A DNA stretch of 64,000 nucleotides from Parasitella parasitica NRRL 2501. Its lineage: Eukaryota > Fungi > Mucoromycota. Of this stretch, positions 51,496 to 62,973 are shown piece by piece. The notes under the pieces were generated by a model that saw only the letters and a list, made by a program, of their open reading frames with translations, was not told where the DNA came from and searched no databases. Position numbers and translations under genes: made by a program. Positions within the stretch are counted from its first letter, which is position 1, and each line of letters starts with the position of its first letter. Location of the stretch: contig MU619263.1 in assembly GCA_025201805.1 (NCBI GenBank), forward strand, positions 195,715 through 259,714, in the 5' to 3' direction.

Positions 51496-51862
51496 GTCGA
51501 GTACCGACGAGCCGCCTGCCTTATTTTATAGAGACGGTTACCTCTTGAATCAAAAATAAATCGATACGTTTTGTTGGGATGTAAGATTATTTATAAAGAC
51601 GGGACTATGTAGCACTCAGTGGGCATCTATCCCCATGTTTACATGCAGCGTTCGTTCACTGCTCAGAGATTTTTTTTTTTTTCAAAGCAATGCTCTCCTG
51701 TAAACGCGGCCAATGCCCAACTGGAAACGATACCGCCAAGTGAGACGTGGGAAACACGCACAAGAAAAGCGACCAATAAGAGAGATTTTAACAGGTACAT
51801 AATAAAACTGACACTGCCCATATTTTCAAATAAAAGAGTGTTTCTTTGCAGCAACCAACAAA

Positions 51863-52883
51863 ATGGTCAAATTTGGTTACATCCTCCTATCGGGCTGCGC
51901 ACTCTTTAATAGCATCGCAACAGCGCTTTCGGTGCAAGAGGATCGTCGTATCGTGGCGTTGGGCGATTTGCATGGCGACTTGGAAAACACTCTGGAAATC
52001 CTCAAGTTTTCAAACATCATTGATCATGAGAATCACTGGATAGGCGGTGACACGATTTTTGTTCAAACTGTACGTATTTAGGGGGAAAAGATCATTCTTA
52101 TTAGCACCCAAAAGCTTATAGTTTCATTTTGAAATGTAGGGCGATGTCCTGGACAGGGGATTAGACACTATCAAGCTATACGATCTTTTGCAAGATCTGC
52201 GTGATGAGGCTCCTTTGCAAGGCGGCCTTGTGATTCCACTGCTAGGGAACCACGAGCTCATGAATTTGGTGGGTGATTGGCGATATGTGTACCCTGGAGA
52301 GCCGGAGACCTTTGGAGGCATCGAAGCTCGTAAAAAGGCTTTTGAAAAGGACGGATTCATAGGCGAGTACCTGAAGCTCTTGAACATCACGACCAAAGTG
52401 GGAAGCACGGTGTTTTGTCATGGAGGGATTACGCCGCATTTCAGTCGACTCGGCATCGACTGGATCAATGACAAGACCCACGAAACCATCGTCACCTACA
52501 TGGAATCGCAGGGCGCACGTGGTAAAGAGCACGGTATATTCGGCGGCGTTGGCCCCACTTGGTACAGAGGATATGCGTTGGAGGAAGAAGATGCGATTTG
52601 CAGTGTGTTGGACCAAGCCTTGGAACTGCTGGAAGCAAACCGCATGGTGGTTGGCCATACGGTGCAGCACGACGGTGCAATTCGAACCCGCTGCGACGGG
52701 AAGGTTATTTTAATTGATATTGGCATCTCCAAAGCATACAGTGGAGGCAAAGGAGCATTGGAGATCCGGGGCAATACCGTCAATGCACTTTATGCTGATA
52801 AAACCATTGAATTGGACTCACCACCGCCTTATAAAAGTGAAAAATCCGCAACCAAACACACAATGGAGCATGAAGAACTGTAG
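51863..52883 (+). CDS. Shewanella-like metallophosphatase (Shelph, PPP-like) with signal peptide and C-terminal HEEL (intron 52070-52139)
   Basis: GDLHGD, QTGDVLDRG, LLGNHE, FCHGG, PTWYRGY, MVVGHTVQ and ILIDIGIS motifs; hydrophobic N-terminus. Confidence 0.9.
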
Positions 52884-52976
52884 TAGACTTTTATATGTCT
52901 GTCGAGTCGACATTGTGCACATGCTGTTTTATCTCAAATCTAATAGATAGTGTCATTTTTATTATATATACACAAG

Positions 52977-53006
52977 NNNNNNNNNNNNNNNNNNNNNNNN
53001 NNNNNN
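52977..53006. other. Assembly gap next to a long poly-A tract
   Basis: 30 n followed by about 45 A. Confidence 1.
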
Positions 53007-53052
<46 letters not shown>

Positions 53053-53064
53053 GATAATTTATAC

Positions 53065-55453
53065 CTAGGCCGTGTGCTTGATAGATCTACAAGGAATTAC
53101 AGAAAAAACATGGTTATTACCACATGTGTGCTGTTTCATAGTCTTAATTTTACCTTGACACATTATCAAATAGTCTTTCAATATCAGGAGAGCAACGGAT
53201 GAATTCATGATCCCAGAATTTGGGATCTTTGATGAGCTCGATAAAGGAAGCGAGCAATCCCCATGGATGAGGTCTGTTTACGATCAGCCGCTCAAGGAGC
53301 ACGCGAGTAACCTGTTCCTTGACGGCCTCGGATTGATGCGAGAATAAGTGAAGGAATGCAGCGCTAAAGAAACACGTGTGGCTGTTGGGGTAGCGCAAAT
53401 GGTCAGCAATGGCACTTAGTACAGTGTATCGACCTAGTGAAGCGCAAAGTTTAGTATAAAGAACAAAGCTCTACAACAAGAGAGACAGCTTATTTACCTT
53501 CGGATCCCAAGGTAGACAACAGATGGCTGTAGGCAATGACGGCAGGAGTGTCCCCGATTGCCACATCTTTCAGCTGAGCAGACTTGGCGCCAATGTACAG
53601 CACAAAGGCGCAAATCATATCAGCATTTTGGTTTTCGCCTCCATTTTCAGCACTGCTGGCTATTTCCACTTGGCTGTCCAGTGTTTGCAGGAACACACGG
53701 TCTTTGTCCTCGACAAACGCGTCGATCTTGTCTTTGAATTCGTGCTTGCTCAAAACACCAGCGTAGCTCTGGTCAAATAAGGGCTCCTCGGCAGACTCAG
53801 GAATCAGGTCCATCTTGAGATCAGGCGTAAAGGGGTCAGGCAAGTGCATTACGCGAGGAAAGGCGCTGAGGACCAGGTTGCGAAGTTGCACGCACGAATG
53901 GGGTATGGCTTGAGCAAAAACAACGTAGTTGTTGCAAAGAAATTCAGGGAAATCGTGCAGCAGCACAACAAGCACGCGCAAAGTGCCGCGGTAGAACATT
54001 TTGGTGGCGTGAGGAAGCTCCTGGAGCTTCAGCAGAGGACCGAGGAACTTGAGCAGCGCAGTAATCAGCTTTTGGCAGAGCATGGCACCGTTGCCGTCAT
54101 TGGCAACGAGTAACTGGGGCAGGAATGAACGGCAAGATATCAGCTGCAGCCACGAAAAGGCGAACCCAGGAAAGTTGTTGGGTTGCAGGGTGTACAGTGC
54201 ATCGCTGAAGGTAATGAGGGCACTGGCGTCGATGGATTTGGCGCGGATCTTGCTGACTTCGTTGAATAACGACGCAAACAATCGCAAGAACGGCTTCTGG
54301 TTGAATTCTACGCCCTTGTTCTGATGGTGGTGAGATAAAACCAAAATCATCACTGAAAGCGCGTCGTTCAGCAGCTTGACCTTGGCCTTGTCAGACGTCT
54401 TTTCTTCCATCACCATCGCAGACACCAGCTTGGTGAACGAGTCAATCAGGTGGATCATGCGGCGATGATGGAGCGAGCTGAAAGAACGGAAGGCCAAGTA
54501 ATGGTTTGCACACGTCTCTGTGCAGAGTCGAAAGAAGAAGCAGCGGCCGTCCTCATCCTTGGTGACATCCATGACGCGCTGAGCCAACGAGGCAAAGATA
54601 TCGTCCGTGACCATTGGATGTTGGCATAGACGAACCCATTGAGCCAGAAGCATGTAAAGTTCAAGGCAATCCATGTCATGCTTGATGTCCTGATAGGGCG
54701 CCTGGATCAATTTCTTGATATCAGAGATCAGTGAAACAACAATGGCGGGAGCTTCCTCGGTTTGCACAAGCTTATAAAGCGAGGAAACGGTCAAAATGTG
54801 GTCTTCCAGGAACGTAGTGGGGCTTTGCGATAATAAACAGATGCGCATCAGGTTGGCAGCAAACTCAATCACACTGTCCGCCTTGGCGTTAATCAGTTTG
54901 GCCAACTGCACGTCATATTCTTCCAGGGGCAAGAGCTCGTAGCGGATGAGCATCGATACAGCAGGTGCGTTGTATTTGCGTTCGTCATCGGCGTAAATCA
55001 ACCACGACAGCGTCTCTTTGGTCACTTCGCCCGAGATTTCAAACAAGGATTGAAGGAACATGGTGTACACTTCCAGCGCGAATGCACTGGTGCTTTGGTA
55101 CAGCATCAACACCACCTTTTCGACAAAGGTGATCATGGTTTGCAGAGGCGAGGGGCTTTGGGACACCAGCAACGGGATCTGGCGAATCAGTAAGCAAATG
55201 TCGTGGTTAGGTGGCAATAGTGAAATCGCACTGATGCCTGATTGACCGATCAATCTGTTCAGCTCCAAAAGCATTTGCTCCAGCTTGGCATTCAAAATGT
55301 TCGAGTTGCTTGCAAGCGCAGGACTGGCTGATTCGTTACTCATGAATGGCGGTGGTGCTTGCTGCTGAGGCAAATGATGATTAGCAGCGTCAGGAGGGAA
55401 ATTAACAGGAGACACCTGCTGCTGATGATGTTGCTGATGATGTTGTTGCTGCT

Positions 55454-55484
<31 letters not shown>

Positions 55485-58400
55485 TTGGATTGCAAGAAAC
55501 GAACGCTGATCAAAGCTTTCGTACAAACGGAATTGATCAGGAGTAATGCCGTTGCTCGGTCGCAAAATTTCGGGCAGTTGGATAGAGTGAGGGGCGCCTT
55601 TCAAGCTCAATACATCAAAAAACTGATCTCCGTTTGTCTGCTGCTTACGATAAGCCAAACGGCTAGCATAAGCAGGCGCTAAACCACGATCCACATCCTC
55701 CAGGGCTCTGATTTTGGTCAGCTGATCAATATAGATACAGAGCAATTCAATATTCTCATTGGCAACAGTGGAAGCAATTTCTTCGGCCAACTGCTCGGGA
55801 AGACCGCTTTGTACCAAATTGGCGCAGATAACAGTAATGATACCAGTGCAGAGGGGTTCCTTGCAAGTAACTACGGACAGGCTGCAAGCCAGAGGTTGGA
55901 CCATAGCATGAGCTGCACGCTGCAGACGGGTCTCATCAGGCTCAGTGGCAAAGTCCTTCAGAACCAATTCCTTGGTAGACATGGCTGCAATGTTGGCAGA
56001 CGTAGCGATGATGGGGGGAACAACCTCCGAAAATGCTTCAGAAATACCAGCGAATATAGTTGTCTTGATGACAGGATGTTGGATCATCAATTGGCCGATG
56101 GCAGGGTTGATTTGAAGCTTGGCTAATACAGGTGTAATGTCAACGTCTTGCACAGCAGGAGGGCTATTCATGCCAGTCATCGAATCCATACCCATGGGTG
56201 GCGGCTGCAAGGCTGGCTCTTCCACTGCAATCTTGTTGGAGAAACCGCCAAGAACGGCTGACATATCAAACACTGACTTTTGGGCTCCAGCGGGCGAGAC
56301 GGGGACAAGTTTATCGGACATAGCATTGGCAAGGGCTGGGATACCGGGAGGTCCATTCTTGCCCAAAATGGATGTCGGTTCGATCTCGTTGAGATCAAGA
56401 TTAAGAGCCTTGTACAGGATTTCGATTTCAAACTTGAGATTCAACTTGAGGCCGTCAGTCCAGTACAGTTCAGCAAGCACCTTCAAGCTGCCCATCAACC
56501 ACGGGTTTGGGGGCTTGAAAATCTTGCTGTTGGCCGCATGCTGCAACACTTTACACGTCAGCGGAATGGCCACGACAAGCTGGTTCTTTTCGTAAGCACA
56601 AGTCAGCAAATCCTTGAACGACAAGTCCTTGTGGCGAATAGGCTTGCTCTTGGCAATCGTCAGTCTTCCAAGCCAGTTGCCCAGATTCTTGAGCAAATTT
56701 CTATCTGACGAGGATTTGACAATGTTATCAGACTGCAACAACAAGTGAACGTTCAGGTACGTTTCTTCGACTACCGTGTCGGTCAAATGCTGCATCTCGA
56801 GTTCATCCAAAAGGGCAGAATACAGCTCGTGGTTGTTGGGCTCGATACTAACACGTCGAACAACCAAATAATGACTGAACCATCCCCAGGTGGGCTTTTG
56901 CAGCAGCTGCTTTAGCTCTACCGTCTTGCTTCGCATGTTGGTTACTGACAGATTGTTGATCAAAAACGAGACTCTCTCTTGTATCTTTTCAGGCGGGTCT
57001 TCGTAAGATGGCTTTGCAGTGCCGGCCAACAATGTTGTGACATTCAGCGCAGCGTCTGCAGATCTCTCGGCTGTATCTCCCCCTCCTCCAGTAGTAGTAG
57101 TAGTAGCAGCAGCAGCAGCAGCAGCAGGGAGATTGGTGTTGGTCATAGTCGGAGTCGACAGGCTAGGTGAAGATGAAGAAGAACCCATCAACTTTCCTTC
57201 AGGGTCCTTTTGAGCCAACTGCTTCAATGTCATTGCGATGCTCTCGACAATCGTAGGGAATCCACGCAACCCTTCAATTTTAGACAGCAAAAGAGTGTAC
57301 TGCGGCCATTCATAAAGTCGACTACGGAACTGCGCCAAGGCTTGGATACCAAAGTTAAACATCTTGGATCCAATAGGGTGTTTGAGGGCGTCCAGGATGA
57401 GCTTGAGCGTAACACGCAACTGAGCATAAGAAATCAAATGCTGGTCAATCAAAAGACCAAGCAGCTCGCCAGTAGCCATTAGCTCGTTCTCGGGATATTG
57501 GCTAAAGAATCGAGCTTCATCGAGCTTCACCAAAGTGTTAATTTCTCCCCTCCGAAATAAGCATCTGTCCATTGACTTACCAAGGTATGCGTAGTGCAAG
57601 CGAAAAAGTTCACTTGTCGCTGGTCGTTCGAGGTGCGGCATGCTTTCAGGACTGAAGCAAACCTACCGGCGCTAATGTCCTTTGTGTACAGCCTTTCAAA
57701 ATACAAGCGCACCATTTCTTCGACTTCGTCCGAGTAATTTCTCTCGTTTTCTCCAGCCTCGCTCAGTCCTGCAAGCTTTTTCTCTGCTTGGCCACGATTT
57801 TCGTTCAATTGAGGGTACAATTGCGTATACAGCTGGCTCAATTTGTTGAGTTTGGCTGTCTCGGCAGGGGGTAAAGGTCTATTGTGAAAGCGATCAGGCA
57901 TTTGCCCTGAAGCGACAGTCCAAATAGCAGCGCTTACCTTTCATATAAAATCCTGAAAAAAATACGGATCACCTCCAATGATAACTGCAAGGTGGGGAGC
58001 ACATTGGCGCCGGATTGACGGGCCATCTCGATTGCACATTTCTTTTCCAAGAAATTCACGCACTCGCCAAAAAATACAAACCCGTCCTTTGCTAATCTTT
58101 CCATCAGCCATTTTTCCAAATTCAAATTTTGTCTACGAGCAGCAAGTGAAGCTAAATCCAGGGTGAAAAAGGGAACGTCTGTTTTTAGAATATGGGCAAC
58201 AATCTAGGAGAAAAATTAATAAAAAATAAAATAAAAAAAACAACAACAACAATGAAAAGCTCGTAAGAATAGAGTCTGTTACCTTGGCTTCCTGTGCAAT
58301 GTCCAGAATACGAGAGACAGAGGTTGGGTCTTTCTTGTACATTTCAAAGAATCCCTCCAACAGCAAATTGGGCTGCACATGCCAAAGTACTCGAATGACA

Positions 58401-59346
58401 AGTGGGGAATTGACATGGCCGATGAGGAAGATGTTGAGCAGTTTGGGGAGAAGTGTGCGATGCAGTTCGTTCTTGATAGGCTAGCGTACTGTTAGTTACT
58501 GACTGATATGGGTCGCTTCTCACTCAAGGTACCTGTATTTGCGCCAAACCAATCATGAGCAACTCGGGCGCTTGAATGGCCAGACTATCCATCACTACTT
58601 TAACTTCCTCTGAAGCTAAATCCATAAAAGCCTCCAGCAAACCCAAACAATTCAGCTGCTGTGAAGCCAGTTGTGTAGCTGCTTGGCGCATACTGATGGG
58701 CAGAATCGGGATCAGCTCTTCTGGGATCACTTTTTTAGTCTGTGTTTGGTTCATATCCAGCAGCTTGGGTGAAGCGTAAACCATATGATATAAAACGCTG
58801 AGCTGGCTTCGTACATGTATCCAAGGTTGAAAGAAAATCCCAACAGGAAAAGGTTCGTCCTAAACCGCACCTGTCGCGTTAGTATTGCTTTACACGCTGT
58901 GGGCACTACCATCTACCTTGCGTGCGTATTTCCACGATAAAACTAGTATTTTCAACCCCATAGGTTCACTCAGCATAAACTCTGCTTGATCTAATTGCGC
59001 TAACACAGTTACCCAGTTCAAGTTGGGGTTCTGTAGGTCATGGAACATGGAACATGGAACATGTGAATAACCGGTATTTTCTCTACACCAGAACAAGGCC
59101 TCTATTTACCTTATTTAAAGCTGCTTTCACAAAGTTTTCAATATTCCATGTTTGTCCTTCTGCGCTTCCTTGGAGTTTGGCGTGCGATCTAATCATCATG
59201 GCCAAAGCTCTTGAGATCGATTCGTCCGTTACCTGAACATCTTCCATGGCCTGCATGGCACTGTTTACGCTGGATAAGCTGCCGTAGCCTTCGTCAAATA
59301 GCTTTTTTCCCAGTAAAAGGGCTTCTGCTGTAGATTTAGTTGTCAT
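53065..59346 (-). CDS. NOT1: CCR4-NOT scaffold subunit Not1 (9 exons, about 1920 aa)
   Basis: RILDIAQE; [19 protein letters not shown]; [10 protein letters not shown]; RVSIEPNNH; [12 protein letters not shown]; PPNPW; KDFATEPDE; [10 protein letters not shown]; [12 protein letters not shown]; LRYPNSHT; [14 protein letters not shown]. Confidence 0.97.
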
Positions 59347-60191
59347 GTTGTAGTATGTGTGAATTATATCTCTCAGGGTAGATTGTACTTGATGCTGTCC
59401 GAAAGAAGCTGTTTCCAATGAGTACGCAGAACACACTGGGTTGAGGGAAATACAAAAAATACCTACCAAAACGATTTTTATTTAATGTTTACAAGTGAGA
59501 AAGTGCTTCTAATTAGTTTTACGCGCGGTTGTGTGATTTTATTGAAATTTTTTTCGCCACAGGAGGCTTCTCTAATACGTCATCTGAATGGAAGTGTTGT
59601 TGGCAAAGCGTAGTGAAACCAGAACTCATGTGCTTATAGAAATGGAATATCTGGTGGCCTGCTTCAGCTACTGGCTTACATGGCCCATTGGCTTGATCGG
59701 TATAGCTCTCGGTATTTCTAAACAGTTTGGCTCAAAGAATGCGGATCTGCATTTTCCTGCTATGCCATAAAAACATCTTGGTGAGATGCAATTGCTAATG
59801 GGAATCACTCATAATTACACATATTGAGCGCAGCTGCCTTGGCTGTAACAAGCCATCTACTTTAACAATATCCTTGTGAGTGCATATATATATATGCTTT
59901 CGAATATAGGAAGCCAAAGTGCATCAATTTTTCATGACACAAATCATTAGAACGCCATGGATATGTATATGCCTTGGATGTCTGCCATTCCACAGTATCG
60001 AGGAATACAGACGGCCGTTGTCATGTCTAGATCCTTGCTTGCATGCGTGTCCAATGCAACAGGATATATTTGGCTCAAACCTTGAATTTCGGCACTTGCG
60101 ATGACGTATCAAACTCGGAACATGTAGTATAAAATAAACGCAACACAGGTGGACACACGTTTCTTCTTTTGCTCAAGAATTAAATATAAAC

Positions 60192-60631
60192 ATGGGTGTC
60201 ACGTAAGTTTTTGTATAATAATTGTAAATAGTCAAGATATTAAATCTTTGTAAAAGAGTCGAATCAATTACTCCAGGTGATGGTCAGAACTCCCCCAAGA
60301 AAGGTGACAAGGTCGCCATTCACTATGTCGGCACTCTTACAAATGGTGACGAGTTTGACTCTTCTCGTAAGCGTGGTAAACCTTTCGAATGTACAATTGG
60401 TGTTGGTCAAGTCATCAAAGGCTGGGATGAAGGTAAGCAGAGCAAAGTAGTTTGGCGGAAAAGAACTTTCTGTTGATGTGCTTTACGTTAGGCATCCCCA
60501 AATTAACTGTTGGTGAGAAGGCAAGGTTGACGTGTACTCCTGATTATGCTTATGGAGATCGAGGCTTCCCTCCTGTTATTCCTCCAAATTCTACTTTGAT
60601 CTTTGAAGTCGAACTCATCAAAATCTACTAA
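60192..60631 (+). CDS. fkbA: FKBP12 peptidyl-prolyl isomerase (FK506/rapamycin receptor), 3 exons, 108 aa; absent from ORF track
   Basis: Spliced: [108 protein letters not shown]. Confidence 0.97.
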
Positions 60632-60687
60632 GCAACAGCTTTTTGTTTTTTATCTTTTATTTTTTATTTTTGACATAATAAAAATGG

Positions 60688-62973
60688 CTAAAACATGATG
60701 ATTCGCAAACCACCGAAATCACCCAGCGTGTAACTAAAGCCTTTTCCTGGGCATGCCATAAACATCTGGGCCTTTGATATATTCAGCTGTCTTGAAATGG
60801 CATCGACAGTAGCTGGATTGAAATCGCCTTGTATAAACATCTACAAACATCGTTACTACCAGCCAAAATGCTGCTTGAGAAATCTTTGATGGATACCAGA
60901 TCGATTTGGATTTTTGGGTAAATCTCGTCCAACACGCGATGATGCGCCTCTAAATTCTCTGGGATAGCACTCGAGTTTTGATACAAATGAATAAACTTGA
61001 TTTGCCCAGCGTCCTCATTTTTCTTGATATACTGTATCGCCTTATTCATGACATGAGGCTCATCTGTTTTAGTAAAGAACACGACAGGATTTTTTCGAAT
61101 GTGCTTGATTTGGCCCACGATAAAGTTTTCCACTTTTTCTGAGAAATGAGGATAGCGATGCAGCAGCCCCATCTGGTCAAACAGCCAGTAACACAGTTCC
61201 CATAACCAGCAACGTTTCAGCATGGCAAGGACCACAACCAACACCACTGCAAAGTAGATGACAAAATACTCGGCGATCATTGGATCAATCACAATGTTGC
61301 CGATCAAGCTAGCCAGTAATACCAAAAACGTGCAGATGGCCGTGAAAAGAGACACTTTGCTCAGTCGGGGCAGCCGTCCGCGCTTGTATTTAATCATAAT
61401 ATTGGCTACAGCAAATGTAGACAAACTGCCCAAGAACGCCACTGCGAACACGCCGGACAACGAGCTGGTGTCTCCCCTCGTGATGGCATACAATGTAATA
61501 CTCAACACTAGGAATACAAGCACAATGTATTGGTAGGACCCGGTAAAGCGATTACGGACCAGGAAGAATTTGGGGAGAATGCCATCAGAGGCCATGCGTT
61601 GCACAAGCCCAATAGCTCCTATTAAGCCGGTGAGTACGCCTGCGCAGAGCACAATAACCGCATCAATCATGATCCACAGTCGCAACCAACGACCTCCTCC
61701 AGTAGCATATTCCCCTAATACCGATACAGCATTGGCAGCATTTTCTTGAATGACAGGCACAGGCACAAGCACGGTTACTAGTAGTGTCATGGGTGCATTG
61801 ATGGCCAGTAAGAAGCCAAACATGTTGTTCATTACCTTGGGAAAGGTGCCAGGCTTCAAGTCTTCAATATAGTTTTCAGCGGACTAAAATGGACGAGTCA
61901 GCCACACAGACACAGCCACCTACATACAACACAGCCGTACCTCAAAGCCTGTGACGCCCAACAAGCCAATACACATACCTTTAAAGACCATGTAGACCGG
62001 ATTAGAGCCCTCTGGATCAGGAATACGAGTCCAATTATCAATCAACGTCTGGCTTCCTCCCTTTCCCCACATGATAACACTAGCAAGCATCACCACACTT
62101 ATTGTGACCGTATGTAGAGTAAAGATTGCCAGTGTCAGTGTAGATGATTCTCTCAAGCCCAATAGACAAATCATGGAGAAACCAATCAAGATGATGATGG
62201 TGATGATAAACGGTGTCAGAGTGCCGGGTAGCACAGCCTCAGCTGCCAAATAAGCACTTGCCGTGGACGCTGACACAACACATGTGGCTAAATAGTCCAG
62301 GATTGAGAAGCAGGCGGCCACAGCAGCGGTGGTTTTTGTGGTTGAATTGAGCATTGCATTGTACGTGCCGCCGTTCAATGGCATTGCGGTTGCGACCTCG
62401 GTAATGATGCGCTTCATGGGGTACATGAGGGCAACGACCAGAAGCATGGAAATCGGGGCATATCTGCCGGATTGTACAACGCAAGGGCCGACGGAATACA
62501 GCACAGAAGCGATTAGATCGTTGCCGGCTATGGACGTTGCGCGCCATTGCCCTATAGTCGTTTTCTTGGCTGCTTCTTGCTGGTATAAATCGAGGTCGGA
62601 CTGCTCAATCTCCAGATAATAGGTGCTGCCCCACCTATGGGTTTTGCGTTAATCATATCAATACTACTACAACTGCTGCTGCTACATGCTAAATGTCTTG
62701 TGTATACCCTGCGAATTCCCAGGCATTGCTGAGGTTTGGATAACGAGAAGGTACGTTGGACCATTTCAACAAGCTCTGCTGACGAGTATTTTGTGTTTTC
62801 TGTATCTGATGGAATTCTGATTCTGCAAACGATGGTGGCGGCAAAGATGCAGGTTCTGAACAGGACAAATCTCTATCTGAAGGCTGTCTCGCTACATCTA
62901 TGCTTGCTGTGGCTTTTTCATCGATGCTCTTGATTGACAAGCTTGAGCTTGATGGCCTCTTTCTGTCTCTCAT
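60688..62973 (-). CDS. patA: APC-superfamily transporter (about 12 TM plus cytoplasmic C-terminal domain), patA-like by synteny; KimA/YdaO-like motifs (4 exons)
   Basis: Many hydrophobic segments; ATSIAGNDLIASVLY, PLNGGTY, ILDYLATCVVS, LGVTGFES, MASDGILP. Soluble C-terminus (..DEIYPKIQIDL..MFMACPG..LGDFGGLRIIMF*). Convergent with fkbA. The symbol comes from the Mucor fkbA neighbour and is inferred. Confidence 0.85.

Noticed and set aside
53523-57482. Many + strand ORFs antisense to NOT1 (also antisense ORFs over FANCM, GDI1 and the phosphatase)
   Set aside because: Shadow ORFs expected opposite GC-richer, codon-biased coding exons.
60057-60080. CAACAGGATATATTTGGCTCAAAC resembles an Agrobacterium T-DNA border (CAGGATATATT...AAAC)
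   Set aside because: Only an 11-bp AT-rich core matches, the spacer is one base short, the 5' TG is missing, and there is no second border or vector sequence. Compatible with chance.
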